A stretch of 64,000 nt of DNA from Penicillus capitatus (Eukaryota > Plantae > Chlorophyta). Made by a program: the position numbers and the translations under genes. The DNA lies in contig OZ287702.1 in NCBI GenBank assembly GCA_965649825.1, positions 186,001 through 250,000 on the forward strand. Reading direction: 5' to 3'. This document shows positions 48,701 to 62,492 of this stretch, piece by piece. The number at the start of each line of letters is the position of its first letter. The first letter of the stretch is position 1. Under the pieces are notes generated by a model. That model saw nothing but the letters and a program-made list of their open reading frames with translations, did not search any database and was not told where the DNA came from.

Positions 48701-50122
48701 CACTTGATGTTTGTTTCTTTGGAAGGGGTGTGCTGGAGACATTTGGTGCCTCCGAACAAAACGTGTGCTTTGTCTCGTTTGAGATCGAGTGACATTTGCG
48801 TCGTCATTCCCTCCTCTAAGGCACTGGAGAGCGGAGATTTCCATTGCGGTGTGGATTCTCCTGTGAGAACAGATTCATCGACAATGCATGTACCGTTGAT
48901 GAGCACCACATCTGCAGGAATCACCGATTCATCATGACCTAGATAGATACCACGTCGGCAGGATAGGAGGACAAATAGAGACCTACATACCTGGAGCAGG
49001 ACGCCCGATGGAAATGATATCGCCAGGTAGAAGCAGCTCCCCAGGAATCCTGTCCCATCTTTGCGATCGGTAGACGTTCGTTGGCTGTTTGGGAGACTGC
49101 AGACTTCTCAAGTGATGCAAGTTTCTCAGGCGTTGTCCAGCAACGGTGCATTCGAAGAAGAACAGCATAAGGAGCGAGAAGACAGAATACATCCTGCAGC
49201 ACAGTACTGTCCGACACACTTCTCTTCCCACATAACAGCGTACCAGTATTCGTCCAGACACCAGAGACCAACACAGAAGACTTGGAAGACGAAGAATGGA
49301 GCCAACACTTGTTGTTTGAGCAGGGATGAGAACTGCGGAATGGAGACTTCGAAGATATTGGGTCCCCACGTCGCCAAAGCGGCAGCCGTATCATCATCAT
49401 TCCTGAATCCTTCTCGGCGCAAATACCACGAAAGAGGCTCCTAGATCGCATGCGATAATCGGGTAGAAAAAAATGCAGAGTACCTGAACAGGAAAACTGA
49501 GTTTCTGAAAAGCGTGCGTCTCGTAGTTGTAGACGTATCTTTGCAGAGCAATTTCGAATCCGAGTTCCTCATAGTGATCTCGCCCCAACGGCTGCCTCTG
49601 TAGACATATCTCACTCATGTACCCAGCATCATATGCATTCAGTGTACTCACCAGTCTGCGATGTGTGAGATGCGCAAGAACTGTTTTCGAGGTATATCCT
49701 TTCAGTCGTGCCTGCGAAACGATGCGAGCATTGATACTAGATGGATGGGTGTCGGGATAGACCATGACAGCGTTGGCGTCGTGGATGTTCTTGGCCTTCA
49801 CATATCCCACAAATGCCTTGACGCTCACACTCCAATGGCAAAACAGCACGAGCAGGACATGCAATAAAGCCACGATGCCCAACTGTGCCGCGATCCATAG
49901 TGCTGCGTCTCTAAGCACATCTCTCGCGTTGCCTTCCACTCTGAGCAGGTCGGCAGGTTCCTTTTACTTGCGACCCTCGAGTACGTATTTGGCACTGTCG
50001 CCTAAACCGATGCCATAGACGAGGGCGAAGGGTAACCAATCCAGGCGAAAATGCGTCGCCCTGCGTTTGAGAAGGCGCACGTGGGCAAGTCCATCTTCTG
50101 TCTCGTTCAACGCATGCGACAT
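45783..50122 (-). CDS. ATP13A1: P5A-type ATPase (ATP13A1/Spf1/PDR2)
   Basis: [87 protein letters not shown]. Confidence 0.96.
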
Positions 50123-50216
50123 TTTCGTCGAGCATCAATCAAAATTGCAGCAAGTATTTTTCTACGATCTTTCAATTTGCCTGTTTGTTTGGAACTTAGC
50201 ATCTTACCCATTCGTC
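50123..50216. promoter_or_regulatory. 94-nt divergent intergenic spacer (putative bidirectional promoter) between the P5A-ATPase and CNNM genes
   Basis: ATG at 50122 (minus) and ATG at 50217 (plus); inferred from geometry only. Confidence 0.5.
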
Positions 50217-52114
50217 ATGGGTCTCGCGTTTGACTCGACCTATGTCAACGTCCTTATCTCGGTCGGACTCGTTATTATGTCGGGTCTGTTCAGTGGATTA
50301 ACACTGGGCTTGATGAGTCTGGATATCGTCGGATTACAGATTCTGGCAGAGTCTGGTCGGCCAATTGACAGAGAACGTGCAAGTTGTGGCCTCTCTCTGT
50401 TGACCGAGGAAGTGTGAAAACAAATGATGGTGTTCAGAGAAAGTAATTCCGGTACGGAGGCATGGGAATTTGCTGCTCTGCTGCTTGCTGATTGGAAATA
50501 CGATTACCAATGGTGCACATGCGGCGTCTAAATCTGGTGATTGACGAATGTGGGGTGTTGCTTAGCTCTCCTGGCGATTTTTGCGGCGGAATTGACAAAT
50601 GGGTTTCTGGGATTGCTCATGTCGACGGGGCTCATTGTGGTTTTTGGCGAAATCACGCCACAAGCTGTGTGTTCGCGCCATGGATTGGCCATTGGAGCGC
50701 GAACCATTCTGTTGACCAAGTTGCTGATCGTACTGCTCTTTGTGGTTGCATATCCCATTTCCAAGATTCTTGACACTGTCCATGCCACATTCTCTAAGAG
50801 ATCATCGCAGACGGTTCTGTTGGCTAGGCATTGGGTAAAGAAATGGGGACCGTCTACAATAGAGAAGAACTCAAGACACTCATTAATTTGCAAGTGGACA
50901 ATCCTGATGCACAGTTGGCGTCTGGGCTGACGCAGGAGGACTCACACATCATGTCTGCTGTCTTGGATTATCGAGTGAGATGTCTGCGAGGATGTTCTGT
51001 GTGATGTGACAGGTCTTGTGCAGGATCGTTGTGTGAAGGATGTCATGACAACCATCGATCGAGTCTTCATGCTGGACAGCAACATGCGTCTGACATTTGA
51101 GACGATGCTGAAGATCTACAAATCTGGCTACACAAGGATTCCGGTCTATGAAGGAGACAAGAGCAACATCATAGGCATCCTCTATACGAAAGATCTGGTC
51201 TTGATTGATCCAGATGATGAAGTGGACATCAAGTCCGTCTTGGCATTTCATGGAATGGATCGCGTTCAGTCCGTTGCCGATGACACACGACTGCATGAGA
51301 TTCTCTCCCTCTTTAAACGCAGCTGCAGTCACTTGATGATCGCTGTGTCCAACAAAGGAAAATCTCTGTTCGGTGAGCATCTGAAACCTCGAAACTGATA
51401 GAGACGGACTTTTGTTTGTGGATGTGACAGTGACAGGTGTCATCACCCTTGAAGATGTGATCGAAGAGATCATCAATGATGAAATCGTCGATGAGAGCGA
51501 TCGATATCTTGACAACACACAACGACAGAGACCTAACCGTACGGATCGTTCAGACGGGACGGACTTCCTAAAGCTCTTCGGGCATAAGCTGAGGAAACAT
51601 AAACGTCTGAGCAGGGAAGAGATCTCTGCTGTCTGTGCCTTCCTTAAAGCAATGATGCCTGAATTCGCGGATTTCGCCGACAGTCCCCTGACGGCACTTG
51701 TGCAGAGATCTGAGGTTGTTGAGATCGATCTCCCAGAAAGAGCGACGAGCAGCATCGACTTGGATGCGTCCCTCTCGGCAGCTTCCGATGCACTCAGCTA
51801 CGAAGAACGCATCATCTACCGCCAAGGCGTCCCAAACGAAACGTTTTCCGTGATTCTGCAGGGCCACCTTGCTATTCAAGCTGGAACGGAAAAGTTTCCA
51901 TCGAATGTTGGACCGTGGAGTGTTTTAGGTCCTTTGTCCCTTCGATCTAAGAGAATGCATCGGGGAATGTGTTTTAGGAGTGATGGCACTGAAGAAAGAG
52001 TCTTACGTTCCAGATTTCAACGCCATTGCTACCAGCAGTTGCCGGATTCTGCAGATACGAAAAGATGACTTCCAGAACGCACTGAAGTTTAAAAAAGTTA
52101 GCCGGTTTCCTTGA
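50217..52114 (+). CDS. CNNM / DUF21-CBS-cNMP-like metal transporter
   Basis: SGLFSGLTLGLMSLD, VFGEITPQAVCSRHGL, VKDVMT, GYTRIPVYEG, GVITLEDVIEEII and a C-terminal cNMP-like domain. Confidence 0.92.
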
Positions 52115-52853
52115 TCTGAAAGAAGCTTAGCAGTTCTTGCACGATTCTTTCAGGTTGGTCAGAGTAGCAGTTCCAAACTCCTTCACCGCGACAGCGATTA
52201 GGAAAAACCTTGACCACCGCGCTCTCCATCCACTCTATATCTGTTGTCCCATTGTGACATTGTGAAGGAGAGACGGTCGTCTGCGATGTTATCTTTGATT
52301 CTGTGCTTTTTTACGGTGTCTGTGTGATTGACGTTTGTTGATGTAGTCTATTGATGTTCTTTCTTTTGTTTGTTGTTTATTCTTGCACAGTCGCATTCGC
52401 TGAGGATTTGTGCGATATACCCTTCTCATTCGAAAGATCTGACATGGGAACGGTGCTTTGTGTCTCACAGAGAAAGAAGCATCCGTTTTGATCGTAGTCT
52501 GAACAATAGTGTCCCATTGCGGCGGGGCATCTGTTTCGAGAACATTCTGTTGCACGATCATGGTACAAATAACTAACAGCCCACTCTGTGATGCACCATC
52601 GTGTAGAAAGCAATGACGTAACCCATTATTCACATCCCAATCACTTATGCACTTGGAAAGGAGACAGAGACGTGCGTCAGGTATCATCACTGTCCTAGTT
52701 GATTGATCTGTACGCAGAGTCTTCTCTCATCGGACGTCATTCCATCACGAAGTTTCCCGAATCATCGCGTCGTTTCCGCGTTGTTGATGTAGCCATTCGG
52801 TATTCCTCGAAACGTACATACATGCCTTACGTTGCATTGCTGTTCAGGTGACG

Positions 52854-53943
52854 ATGTCTGTACCAGAATGGAAAGGTATACGGCATCTTGACGTTGTCGG
52901 ATGGACAGCACTGTGAAATGGCTGCTGTACAGGATTGTTCGAATGGACGATGCGTCACAGCGACGGGACACGCATTTCGGAGTTGAGGCAGACGGAAATT
53001 GATCCAACAAAGATGGCCTGGTTGCAAGACGTCCTCACCAACTACGTCCAAGATCTCACTGGCAAACTTCGAGAAATCAAAACAGCATTCGAAGAACCTG
53101 AAAACGCAGCAATCAGTCTTCAACACCAAGAGGCACTGTTGGAGGAACTGCAAGAAATTGTGGAAGATATCGATCAAGCAAAAAGTGGCATCGACCTGCA
53201 ATGCATCCTCGCCTTTGAATACCATCGTCTGCAGATCTGCATCTGATTGGAGGACTCCCAATGCTGATGGATATTTTGGAGAGTGGTCACGAGAATCTCA
53301 AGTGGAGAGCGGCAGAGGTTGTGGCGACATGTGTGCAGAACAACCCTTCCGTTCAGCAAGTCCATCACATTCTGCATCTCACAGCAACAACAGATCACAC
53401 GTCTTTTATCCTCAGGCGTTCTTTGAGGAAGGGATCCTACCCAGAGTTCTATCCATTGCGCAGAGCACACACAATATTTGTCGATTGAAAGGATGGATGG
53501 CTGTCTCGTGCCTCGTTCGAAACTTTGAACCTGCCTACCGAGCATTTCTCGAGGCAGATGGCTTCGAATGCTTGCTGTCGAGTTTGGATCTTGATGATGT
53601 TCGATTGCAGCGGCGGTGTTTGTTTCTCCTTGAGTACCTCCTCTCACAGCAATTGGAACAGCACCTGGCTGATCTGCAGCAGGAGAAAGAATTTCAGAAA
53701 CTGATACGCTTTATGAGCTCAGAAGATGTGGACGTTCGAGAAAACGCGCTGAAGGTCCTGTGTGTCATGGTCAAGAGCTCTCGGGGAAGAACTTTTCTCC
53801 AAAAGCATTCAGCGTTTCGGCAATCTCTGCACAGAGAGGGAGTCGTTTTGGAGAATCTTACAGATGATGAGAAGGAATGCCGTTCATCCGAAGTGCAATG
53901 GCACGGCCATCTCAAAGAGGCAGTACTCGAAGATCGCGTCTAA
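52854..53943 (+). CDS. Hsp70 nucleotide-exchange factor Fes1/HSPBP1
   Basis: Spliced start MSVPEWKGLFEWTMRHSDGT; EDIDQAKNLHLIGG; AAEVVATCVQNNP; ARM repeats. Confidence 0.9.
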
Positions 53944-54196
53944 CAAACAGAAAACGCATCCACATCTCAGTCTTTCGGTGTAGAATCCTGAAAACGGGCC
54001 CCTTCTCCAATACGGCTTGCGTGGTGCACTTCACGCTGTTGTTTTCTTGGCACCATGACGTGTAAGCGACATGTCGAAGACAGGCAATTCCCCTCTGCCA
54101 TACAATGCATATGAGTGTTTGTCTCCACTGAAGGGGCTGTTATTCTGAATACCTGCGTTTGAGATCTTGCAATGGTATGTGCCCTTGTTGAGTTTG

Positions 54197-55790
54197 CTAA
54201 CGTTCTCGATTCGAAGTGTCTTGAGAGTGGCAGTATCCGAAGTTAACTTCGTGGAACCTTTGTACCACTGGTAGTGAAACGTGCCGCTTCCCTGTGACTA
54301 AAATCTGGAGAAAACTGCCAAAGGAAAGCGCATTGACCTTTGCCAGGACTTTAAGGACGGCGGCATGTCCCTCTTTGACGCGAATATCGGAGGGAGGTTG
54401 TCGGACGATGTGTGGTGGGCTGAGATTTTCATTCACAACTGGCATCGCCCATTCACTCCCACGTGCCTCTTCCATTCTTCTCTCGGCCCGTTGCAAGACA
54501 GCAATCAATCCTGGATCTTTGAAATCCTCGAGATCCCCCTAAACACAGATCTGTCTTCAGGATTTGGAAATTCGATATCTGTGCACGGTGTACGATTGCA
54601 CAGGTCTTCTTCGTCTGAATCAACTTGCGGTTCTCTTCGTTGTATCGCTGAACAGCGCAGTTCAGGATGACCTGCAAAGAACGCTCGTTCGCAGAAAGAG
54701 CGATTGGCCACGAACGAGACTTGTATCGAACCGCCTGGCATTGTGCGTATGCCTCTCTGTCTGAGTTTCTCTGGAAGATCTTTCTCTCCGAGTCCAAACG
54801 CTTTCGATTCCAGTTCGATGCTCGCACCCATCCATCTATGTTTCCATCGTTCGACACCTGTCGCTGAACAGAGAAGCGCGACGGATGCCACTCTCTAAAA
54901 AAGAATGTGAGATACCAACGGGCTTCCAGGTTTGCACATCCACTCGGTGGTGACCGACACGCAATGCCAGCGTGGCATATCCTTCGCAAACCTCCCGGCC
55001 GCCTCGCCGGCAGCTGTAGACCTGCCGGCGAAGGGCGATGCCTTGCAATACATAAAACGAGAGGGAGACTTTCAAAAGAAGAAGAGGCCAGTTGAAGTGG
55101 CCAGGATCCTCTTCCGTTTCCAACATAACCTCGATAGGGTGTGCAAAGTGCGCCACGTTTCCTGCTCCTTTCACCGTCGATCGTTGTCGCATAACGGTGG
55201 AAGATGGAGTACATCCCTGTACACTGTTTGTAGCTACGCGCTTATTGTCAAAGAGATCACTGTCGTGGCGGGCCGAGTATGAAATGCACATCCGCTGCGG
55301 CTTTTCCACAATTGCTGATCGTATAAAAACGCGTATTCGACAAAGAGACGACGCTGGCGTCCGAAATGCCGAACAGACTGTATACTGCAGAGCACTGCTA
55401 GCCTCACAGCATCTGGCAATGCGCCACCTGGTATCGATCTCCGTCGCTTCTGTCTAGCCATCTATCTGTGCATGCGTCTTGCCTGGTGGAGGAACGAAGG
55501 CTTGTGTCATGTGACTAAGCGAAGAAGCATCATGCCACTGTGCTGTGCGAGACGCTTCCATCTTCCGAGTGGGTCTCGTCGTTGACGCGTTTCGTCATGC
55601 GACATTGATGTGACAGCAACGCTCATGTTCAGAAGCGCACCTGCGTCCATTCATGCACACGATAGACTCCGAGACATCCTCTCATGGATGCAGGAAGCGT
55701 CGACGAGCGATCGCGATCGACAGTGTACATGACCTTTCTTGCGGCGAAAGAGTAGCGAATACAGGGGTCAATGTCGAAAAGGAGACCATA
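54197..55790 (-). CDS. MKS1: B9/C2-domain transition-zone protein, MKS1-like; 5' end uncertain
   Basis: LFVEY...LW, HPIE...WPLLLLKV...EGY...GHHRVDVQTWKP (B9 domain) and a C-terminal VLQRAERRMEEAR resembling the MKS1 tail. Confidence 0.65.
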
Positions 55791-55799
55791 GATCTGAGG

Positions 55800-57404
55800 C
55801 TAGGCATGGCTGAACTGTCGAGAATTCGTTTGGAAACAGAAACTCTTAGAAAGGCGCTTCTTCAACGAGATCGGCGAATTCTTTTGATGGTTCAGTGGCA
55901 TGAGCTTGAATGCAGTTCTGTTCTGGTCGATGCTCGGTTGCTGTCTGAGAAGCGGCAGAGAGATCGTTTCGCCTTCGGCGTTCTGAGATTGCAACGAAAT
56001 CTTGTGACCGATCAATGGTTCAATCTCTTTACTCGACAAGCGTCGCGGGACAAATGGCTGCGGCTCCATCACCGCCGTTTTCTGAGACGATGTCCGACCG
56101 AGTGCTCGACTCTTCTGAGTATGCTGTTGTCCATAACTAATGACATTCGGCGACAGACCAAGACTCGATCGCCGACGATTCAATTCCTTTGAAGCCATTC
56201 GCGAGGATGATGACAAAGAGGGCGGCGGTCGAATGGCGCTTTGGAAGTAAGGATGCTGTAGGCATTCGATCGCCGTCGGTCGTTTTCGAGGATCCCATTG
56301 ACACGTCGCCGCAATGAGATCGATGGCATCCGTCGATGCGTGTTTGATCAGTTTGCTCAGAGGCGTTGGAGCCATCCGGGGAAAACGGAACTTCATGGCA
56401 GCCGCCAACTTCACTCCGTCTGGCCACGACTGCTCCGTTGGCGTCCCCAGCAAACAACACGTTCGATATATCTGGTCCGCCTAAAAACCACCACCACCCC
56501 GATACACACGCCTCCTTCTATGAAATCACACTTCGGAATTTCCTGGCAGGAGTGGCCGTAGCGTATAAAGTTCCGAGAGAATCGCGCCCATGGCAAAGAT
56601 GTCAATGGGCGGTCCATAGTAAGGCGACCTCAGCAACACCTCCGGCGCCCGATACCTGACCAGTCATAGATCGTTCAACGCGTCGTCGAGTGCCTGGCGT
56701 CTACCAGCGAGTCGACACGTAGTCGGTGAATGGAGGCCGAGAGCGTATCTCTTTTGCCAATCCAAAATCCGCGATCTTCACCGTGTCCTTCGTAATCAAC
56801 AGATTCTCTAACCACCTCACATGTCGTCACGTATGTCATACATACTCTTTGATCCAGCGACACCTGGTTTCATGTCGCGATGGAAGTAGCCTGTTTTGTG
56901 AATGTAGGCCAGTCCCTGGAATACTTGATAACACCAGGAACGTATGCGCGACTCGGGAAAGTATTTTCGCCGATCCTTCATCATCTGGTAGAGATTGTAC
57001 TCCTGCAAGCATCTTCGGCCGATTGGCTGTTCGACAGACAGCAATGGTACCATGTGTTCGAAGACGAAATGCAGTTCGTCGTTCTCTCGAATGACTTCTT
57101 TGAGTCGGACAATAAAGGAGCTCCTCATGCGTTTCAGCGACTTTACTTCGCGCAGATTCATGCATTCTTCCCAGCAATAGTACTTTCGCTTCATTGTCTT
57201 GATGGCAACCTGCTGCTGGACGCGTGCACTCTGTGGCGACGTTTGGATACTGTGTGTGATGACACGCACCACTTCTTGCGTCTCACGGTTCACTGCTCGC
57301 CATACACTGCCGTAAGTACCGTCTCCGAGCAGCTCTAGCACGCGATATCTGCATCAGCAGAGGCCCAGTCGTGGAGAAACGACAGAGACGGGAGACTTGT
57401 TCAT
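55800..57404 (-). CDS. MAK/ICK/MOK (RCK family) Ser/Thr kinase with TDY activation loop
   Basis: Spliced start [19 protein letters not shown]; VAIK; REVKSL; FHRDMKP; DFGLA; [14 protein letters not shown]; WDPRKRPTA. Confidence 0.93.
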
Positions 57405-57598
57405 TGCTATCCAAGCGGATATTGCACAGACACGTTCGAGATCCGCCTCTGCTAAGCGCAAAAGTGCATGAAGCGGCGTTGCCGACGACGACGATGCTCA
57501 AGTCAGAAACACATCTAAATGCGAGATCGTCGTCGAGAAAGTCAGACAACATAGCCCAGTACGTTCGCGTCCAATATCAAGACCGTTCGATATTTCAG

Positions 57599-60500
57599 TC
57601 AAGCGGATTCCATCAGACGTTGATACTCAATGACACTGCCACCGACACGATACGGAACACCTGTTGTGATCTCACCCCCGGCCTCTTCTGAATCCATACC
57701 GCTATCGCCAGAGCTTTCATTGAGTTTGCCGAAACCACCTCCTCCAGGACTGTGGATCACGATGGAATCGCCAGGACCGACGTCCACCTCAGCCTTGCCT
57801 CCTAGAAACGAAACAGCGGCTGTGCAAGTGTATGTGCGATGTGACGTCGCGTACCGATGCTGATGACTCTGCCATCGTGGGTCTTTAGCAGATTCAAGCC
57901 GGGCATACCAGATGCGCCGCCCAGCAGACCAAATGGACGTATCGCTCTCCGTTCGGATAGAATGCATGCCGTCACTGGTCTCAGAAACTCCACCTGTGCC
58001 AGGCAAACAGTCAGTCATATATATACATGCGCGAGCGATTTGCGCCGGGTGGGGTGTCTCACTTCTCGGACGATACCATCTCCTCCACTGTTCTTTCCAC
58101 GGCCTCCCGAATGGCGTCTCAGATGAAAGCGTCTGAGAACAACGGGATAACGTTGCTCCAAGATCTCTGGATCTGTAATGCGGGTATTTGTCATGTGTGT
58201 CTGCACACCGCTGCGTCCATTCCAGTCAGGGCCTGCCCCTGCTCCGCCACCAATGGTCTCGTAATACACTGTAGATGCATCTCCAACCGTGAAGTTATTC
58301 ATGCATCCCTAACATTCCTTCCCACTTTTCAATAAGAATCGGGAGATGGATGGTACTTGAGATGCAGCTGCAGCTGAAAAAGCCTTCAGCACGACATCTG
58401 TCACTCGCTGACTTGTCAAGACGTTTCCGCCACAGACAGCGGCGTTTTCTGATGGACTCAAGATGCTGGATGGTGGCAGGATGATGGTGATTGGCTCCAG
58501 ACATCCCTGATTCAATGGAATGTCGCGTTTGACCATGCATCTCAAGGAATAGATAATGGCAGAATAGGTCACGGCCGGAGGTGCATTACAGTTGCCCAGG
58601 ACCTCTGGACCCGTCCCTGTGAAATCAAATTCTGCACTGCCAGTCGATCGATCGATGGTGACAGTGAGATGAATGGGCGTGCCATCGTCCATCTGATCCG
58701 AGGCGCTGACAGAACCAATCTCAGGAAGCCCTTCTGACAAAGAGAACCTCTTGAGCATTTCGCGGACCGTCTCTTCTGCATGTTTCCGGATATGATGCAT
58801 GTATGCGTGTACAACTGCGAGAGAATAAATCTCCATCAATTCGCGGATGAGCACAATGCCCTGATTGTTTGCAGCCACTTGAGCTCTGAGATCGGACAGG
58901 TTATCCGACAAACAGCGAGCATCCTTCAGCAGGGCTCGCATCCCGTCTTCCTGAAACAAAGGCCATGATGACGCATTTCAAAGCTGCTGGAGATGCCAGG
59001 ACCTGAAAGGTGACGGTACCATCGGGACTGCGCTTGACAAGTTTGTAGCTGATGATGTGTGCGCCTTCATCGCTGAGGGACTTGGATTGTGGAGGCATCG
59101 AACCCGGTGTCATTCCTCCGATATCGGCATGATGTCCTCGAGAGGCGACAAAGAAAACGATCTGGTCGTTTGAAAAGACAGGAGTGATGACTGTGATATC
59201 CGGCAGATGGCTGCCACCAGCCATGGGATGATTAGACACCAAAACATCGCCATCGTGCAAACCTTCTTCGTGGCCAGGTCCATTAACGCCATAGTAGGCT
59301 ATCTGATATCACGTAGAGCGGCAATGAAAGGGTATCATAAGCGAGATTATACCTGGAATTTGACAGCTTCAGACATGGCTCCCAGATGGACAGGCAGATG
59401 GGGAGCATTGGCAACAAGCCCGCCATCTGGACTGAACAATGCACAAGAGTAGTCCAATCGCTCTTTAATGTTGATCGACACCGAGGTTCGTTGCAATGTA
59501 CGGCCCATCTGTTCAGCAATACTCATAAACCTGCACGCAAGAGTGAATCTCCGTAAGCATGCCCATTTCACTGGCCATTCACCTGTGTGAGAAAATAGCC
59601 AACTGTATGGGGTCACTCTTTTCGCCGTACAGATGTGATGGTGCTTTTTGAGCTGAGACATCAATGCGAACATTCTTCGCTTCTGTCAAGAACGCAGTGC
59701 ATTCAGGCTCGACCACAATGGAAGTGATATCGTCGATGAGCAACGCAGGACCGGAAACGGAACAAAGGGGTGAGAGTTTTGCCATTTCGTATATCGGCGT
59801 ATCCACGAAACCAGTCTCTTCAAAATAGACCATCTGGGAACCACTTGATTCCATCTCCTTCTCTGCCAGTCACGAGACCACATCACTAAGCCAATCGTTT
59901 CTTCCCATAGCCCTTACTTACCCTTTGATGGCGTCTCTTCTGTGGTTGAGGTGATGATTCGCGTTTTCCCATAGGCTCGAACACGGGCATCATCGATGAG
60001 GATCTCCCGGTCCAATGTAAAGCCGAACTCTTTCTTGTATCTCTGTCGAAAACTCTGGGAGAATTCTTCGTTCGATTCTTCCACCATTATGGCCACATCT
60101 GTTCCACGATATCGCAGATTCAGATAGCGTTCGATGTCGATGGCGTCTTCTTTGAATCCCTATATTCTGTTATGAAGGTAGGCAGTGCTGCACACGACAG
60201 TTCCACCTTGTTAAGCAAAGCCTGACGGGCTTTGGATTCGAGTGCATCGAGCTGAGCCATCGCCTGCGAAGCTCTTTCTTGCAAGTCGCCATCAAATGGA
60301 CACTGCTCCTCATGCACAACATCTGCAACGCCCATGCCCACTGCCGACAGAATACTTGAGTATTTGTGAATAAACACCGTCGGAATGCCCAGAGCCCTGG
60401 CCAGAGCACAAGCATGCTGTCCACCGGCTCCGCCAAAAGAAGACAGAATGTGTTTGGTTATGTCATGCCCCTGAAACAGACGATCGATCCATGGATCCCT

Positions 60501-62210
60501 GTCAAGCAAAGCATGCCTTCATCTGTGTTAGAGCACGGATCGGCCGAGACATAGTTTCATTGGCCACCCTGATGCATCCCATCGCCACTTCTTCCAGCGA
60601 TTTTGGTGACTGGCCCTGTTGTTGACCATGCCGATTCACCTCTTCTGTCAATTTTTCAAAAGCAGCACAGGCACCTTGCACGTCTAAGGGTTCGTTCTCG
60701 TCCGGGCCAAAGATCTTGGGGAAGTAGTCAGGGACAATGCGTCCCAAAACGACATTGGCATCTGTGATCGTCAGCGGACCACCCTTCTTATAACAAACAG
60801 GACCTGGATGTGCTCCAGCCGACTCTGGCCCGACCATCAGCATTCCTGAGCGAAAAAAGATGCGACTGCCGCCTCCTGCTGCGACGGTGTTGATATCAAG
60901 CTGTGGTGCCTGTATCGCAATGCCAGCTGTGATGCTCTCGAAGACATGCTCATATCGTCCATCGTAGCGAGACACATCCGTTGACGTGCCTCCCATATCA
61001 AATCCAATAATCTAACACATCACCCGGCAACAAGAATTGCTGTCTTCTCTCCGACTAACATTGAAAGACCTGCAGATTGGGTGGACACCCTTTCCATTTT
61101 GTCAGATTGGCATAGCCAACGTAACCTCCTGCCGGTCCAGAGAGAATTGCCTTGTGTCCAGAGAAGTCCTGTACATGGGCCAGTCCGCCGTCCGACTGCA
61201 TGAAGAGGACCTGCACGTTCTCCAGACCCTCGTCAAATCCCGCTTTGAATCCATCGATGTATCGTTTGATATGGGGAGTGAGATACGCATCCGCAGCTGC
61301 TGTGAATCCCCGAGGCACCATTTTGACCATCGGCATGACTCGATGTGACAGCGAGATCTGAGTAAATCCGATCTCTTCTGCTAACTGCCCGATTTCGATT
61401 TCATGATCCGGGAAGACGGCTGCGTGCTTCAACACCACGGCTAGACTGCGGATTCCTTGCTTGAACACGCTTTGCAGCTCCCCTCTGAGCGACTCCAGAT
61501 CAACAGGTGATGTGACATATCCTTTCTCCCCTGTCACACCCTCCACGATTGGCACGTCCATGTAGTGCCTACGTCACCAGGCGGATATTGTATCCTGTGA
61601 TGTGACAGCACGGCATTGTACTTGGGATCTGCAAACTGTGCAAGGCGAATTTGCTCTTCGACTTCCACCACCTTCTCGTACAGCACATCTGGGCACCGGA
61701 TGCTCAGATCAAAGATATCTGGCCGAGACTAAGCCACCCATTCCGTCAAAGGAGGCAGATTGGATGACAGCACCTGATTTCCAATGAAGAGCAGATCGCG
61801 GAATCCCTTTGAAACAACCAAAGCCATGCGTTCTCCTTTCCGCTCTAGCAATGCATTTGTGGCAACAGTGGTGCCCATTCGGATTGAGAAAATGCGCGAG
61901 GTATCGATGGGGACATCCCTCTTGATCTCCATCCCCAGTTCTTCCTCCAAAATTCTCCGAATCCCTTCAATAGGTGCATCTGCATAATGGCTCGGATCTT
62001 CGGAGAGCAGTTTCAGTGTTCTGCACGAACATACATCGATGGATCTGATGTCCCATCGTCGATCACCTGTAACGAGCATCGCCTTTCTTATCTGTCACCT
62101 GCAAAGAAGGCGTCTGTAACCGTTTGGAAGATTACCCTTCTTGGCATACCGCTGCAAAAACGTCTGTGAAAGTGCCACCGCGATCGATGCAGAAGCTGAA
62201 GTCTCGCATG
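57599..62210 (-). CDS. OPLAH: 5-oxoprolinase (ATP-hydrolysing; fused hydantoinase A and B domains)
   Basis: [85 protein letters not shown]-like SPGGGGFG. Confidence 0.97.
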
Positions 62211-62492
62211 GCACGCAATCGCCAAACACCACGCGGAGGTCTATGACGTCCTTTTCTCGTCAGCCGACAGTGCACTCGCGGGAGACGATCCACTTTAATG
62301 GATATCATTTATGCGCCTCTTAAACCAGTGGTCGTTTCGCTTGAAGTCACTCGCGTTCGGCGTAACGTCCCGAAGTCACACATAGGGTTTGTCAGTGTCA
62401 GTCAGTCAGTCATTGTTAGTACAACGATCCCTATGTACATTCAAGCAAGTATGACGCACACTCTGTCAGCCACCGAGGCATCGAATACGATA

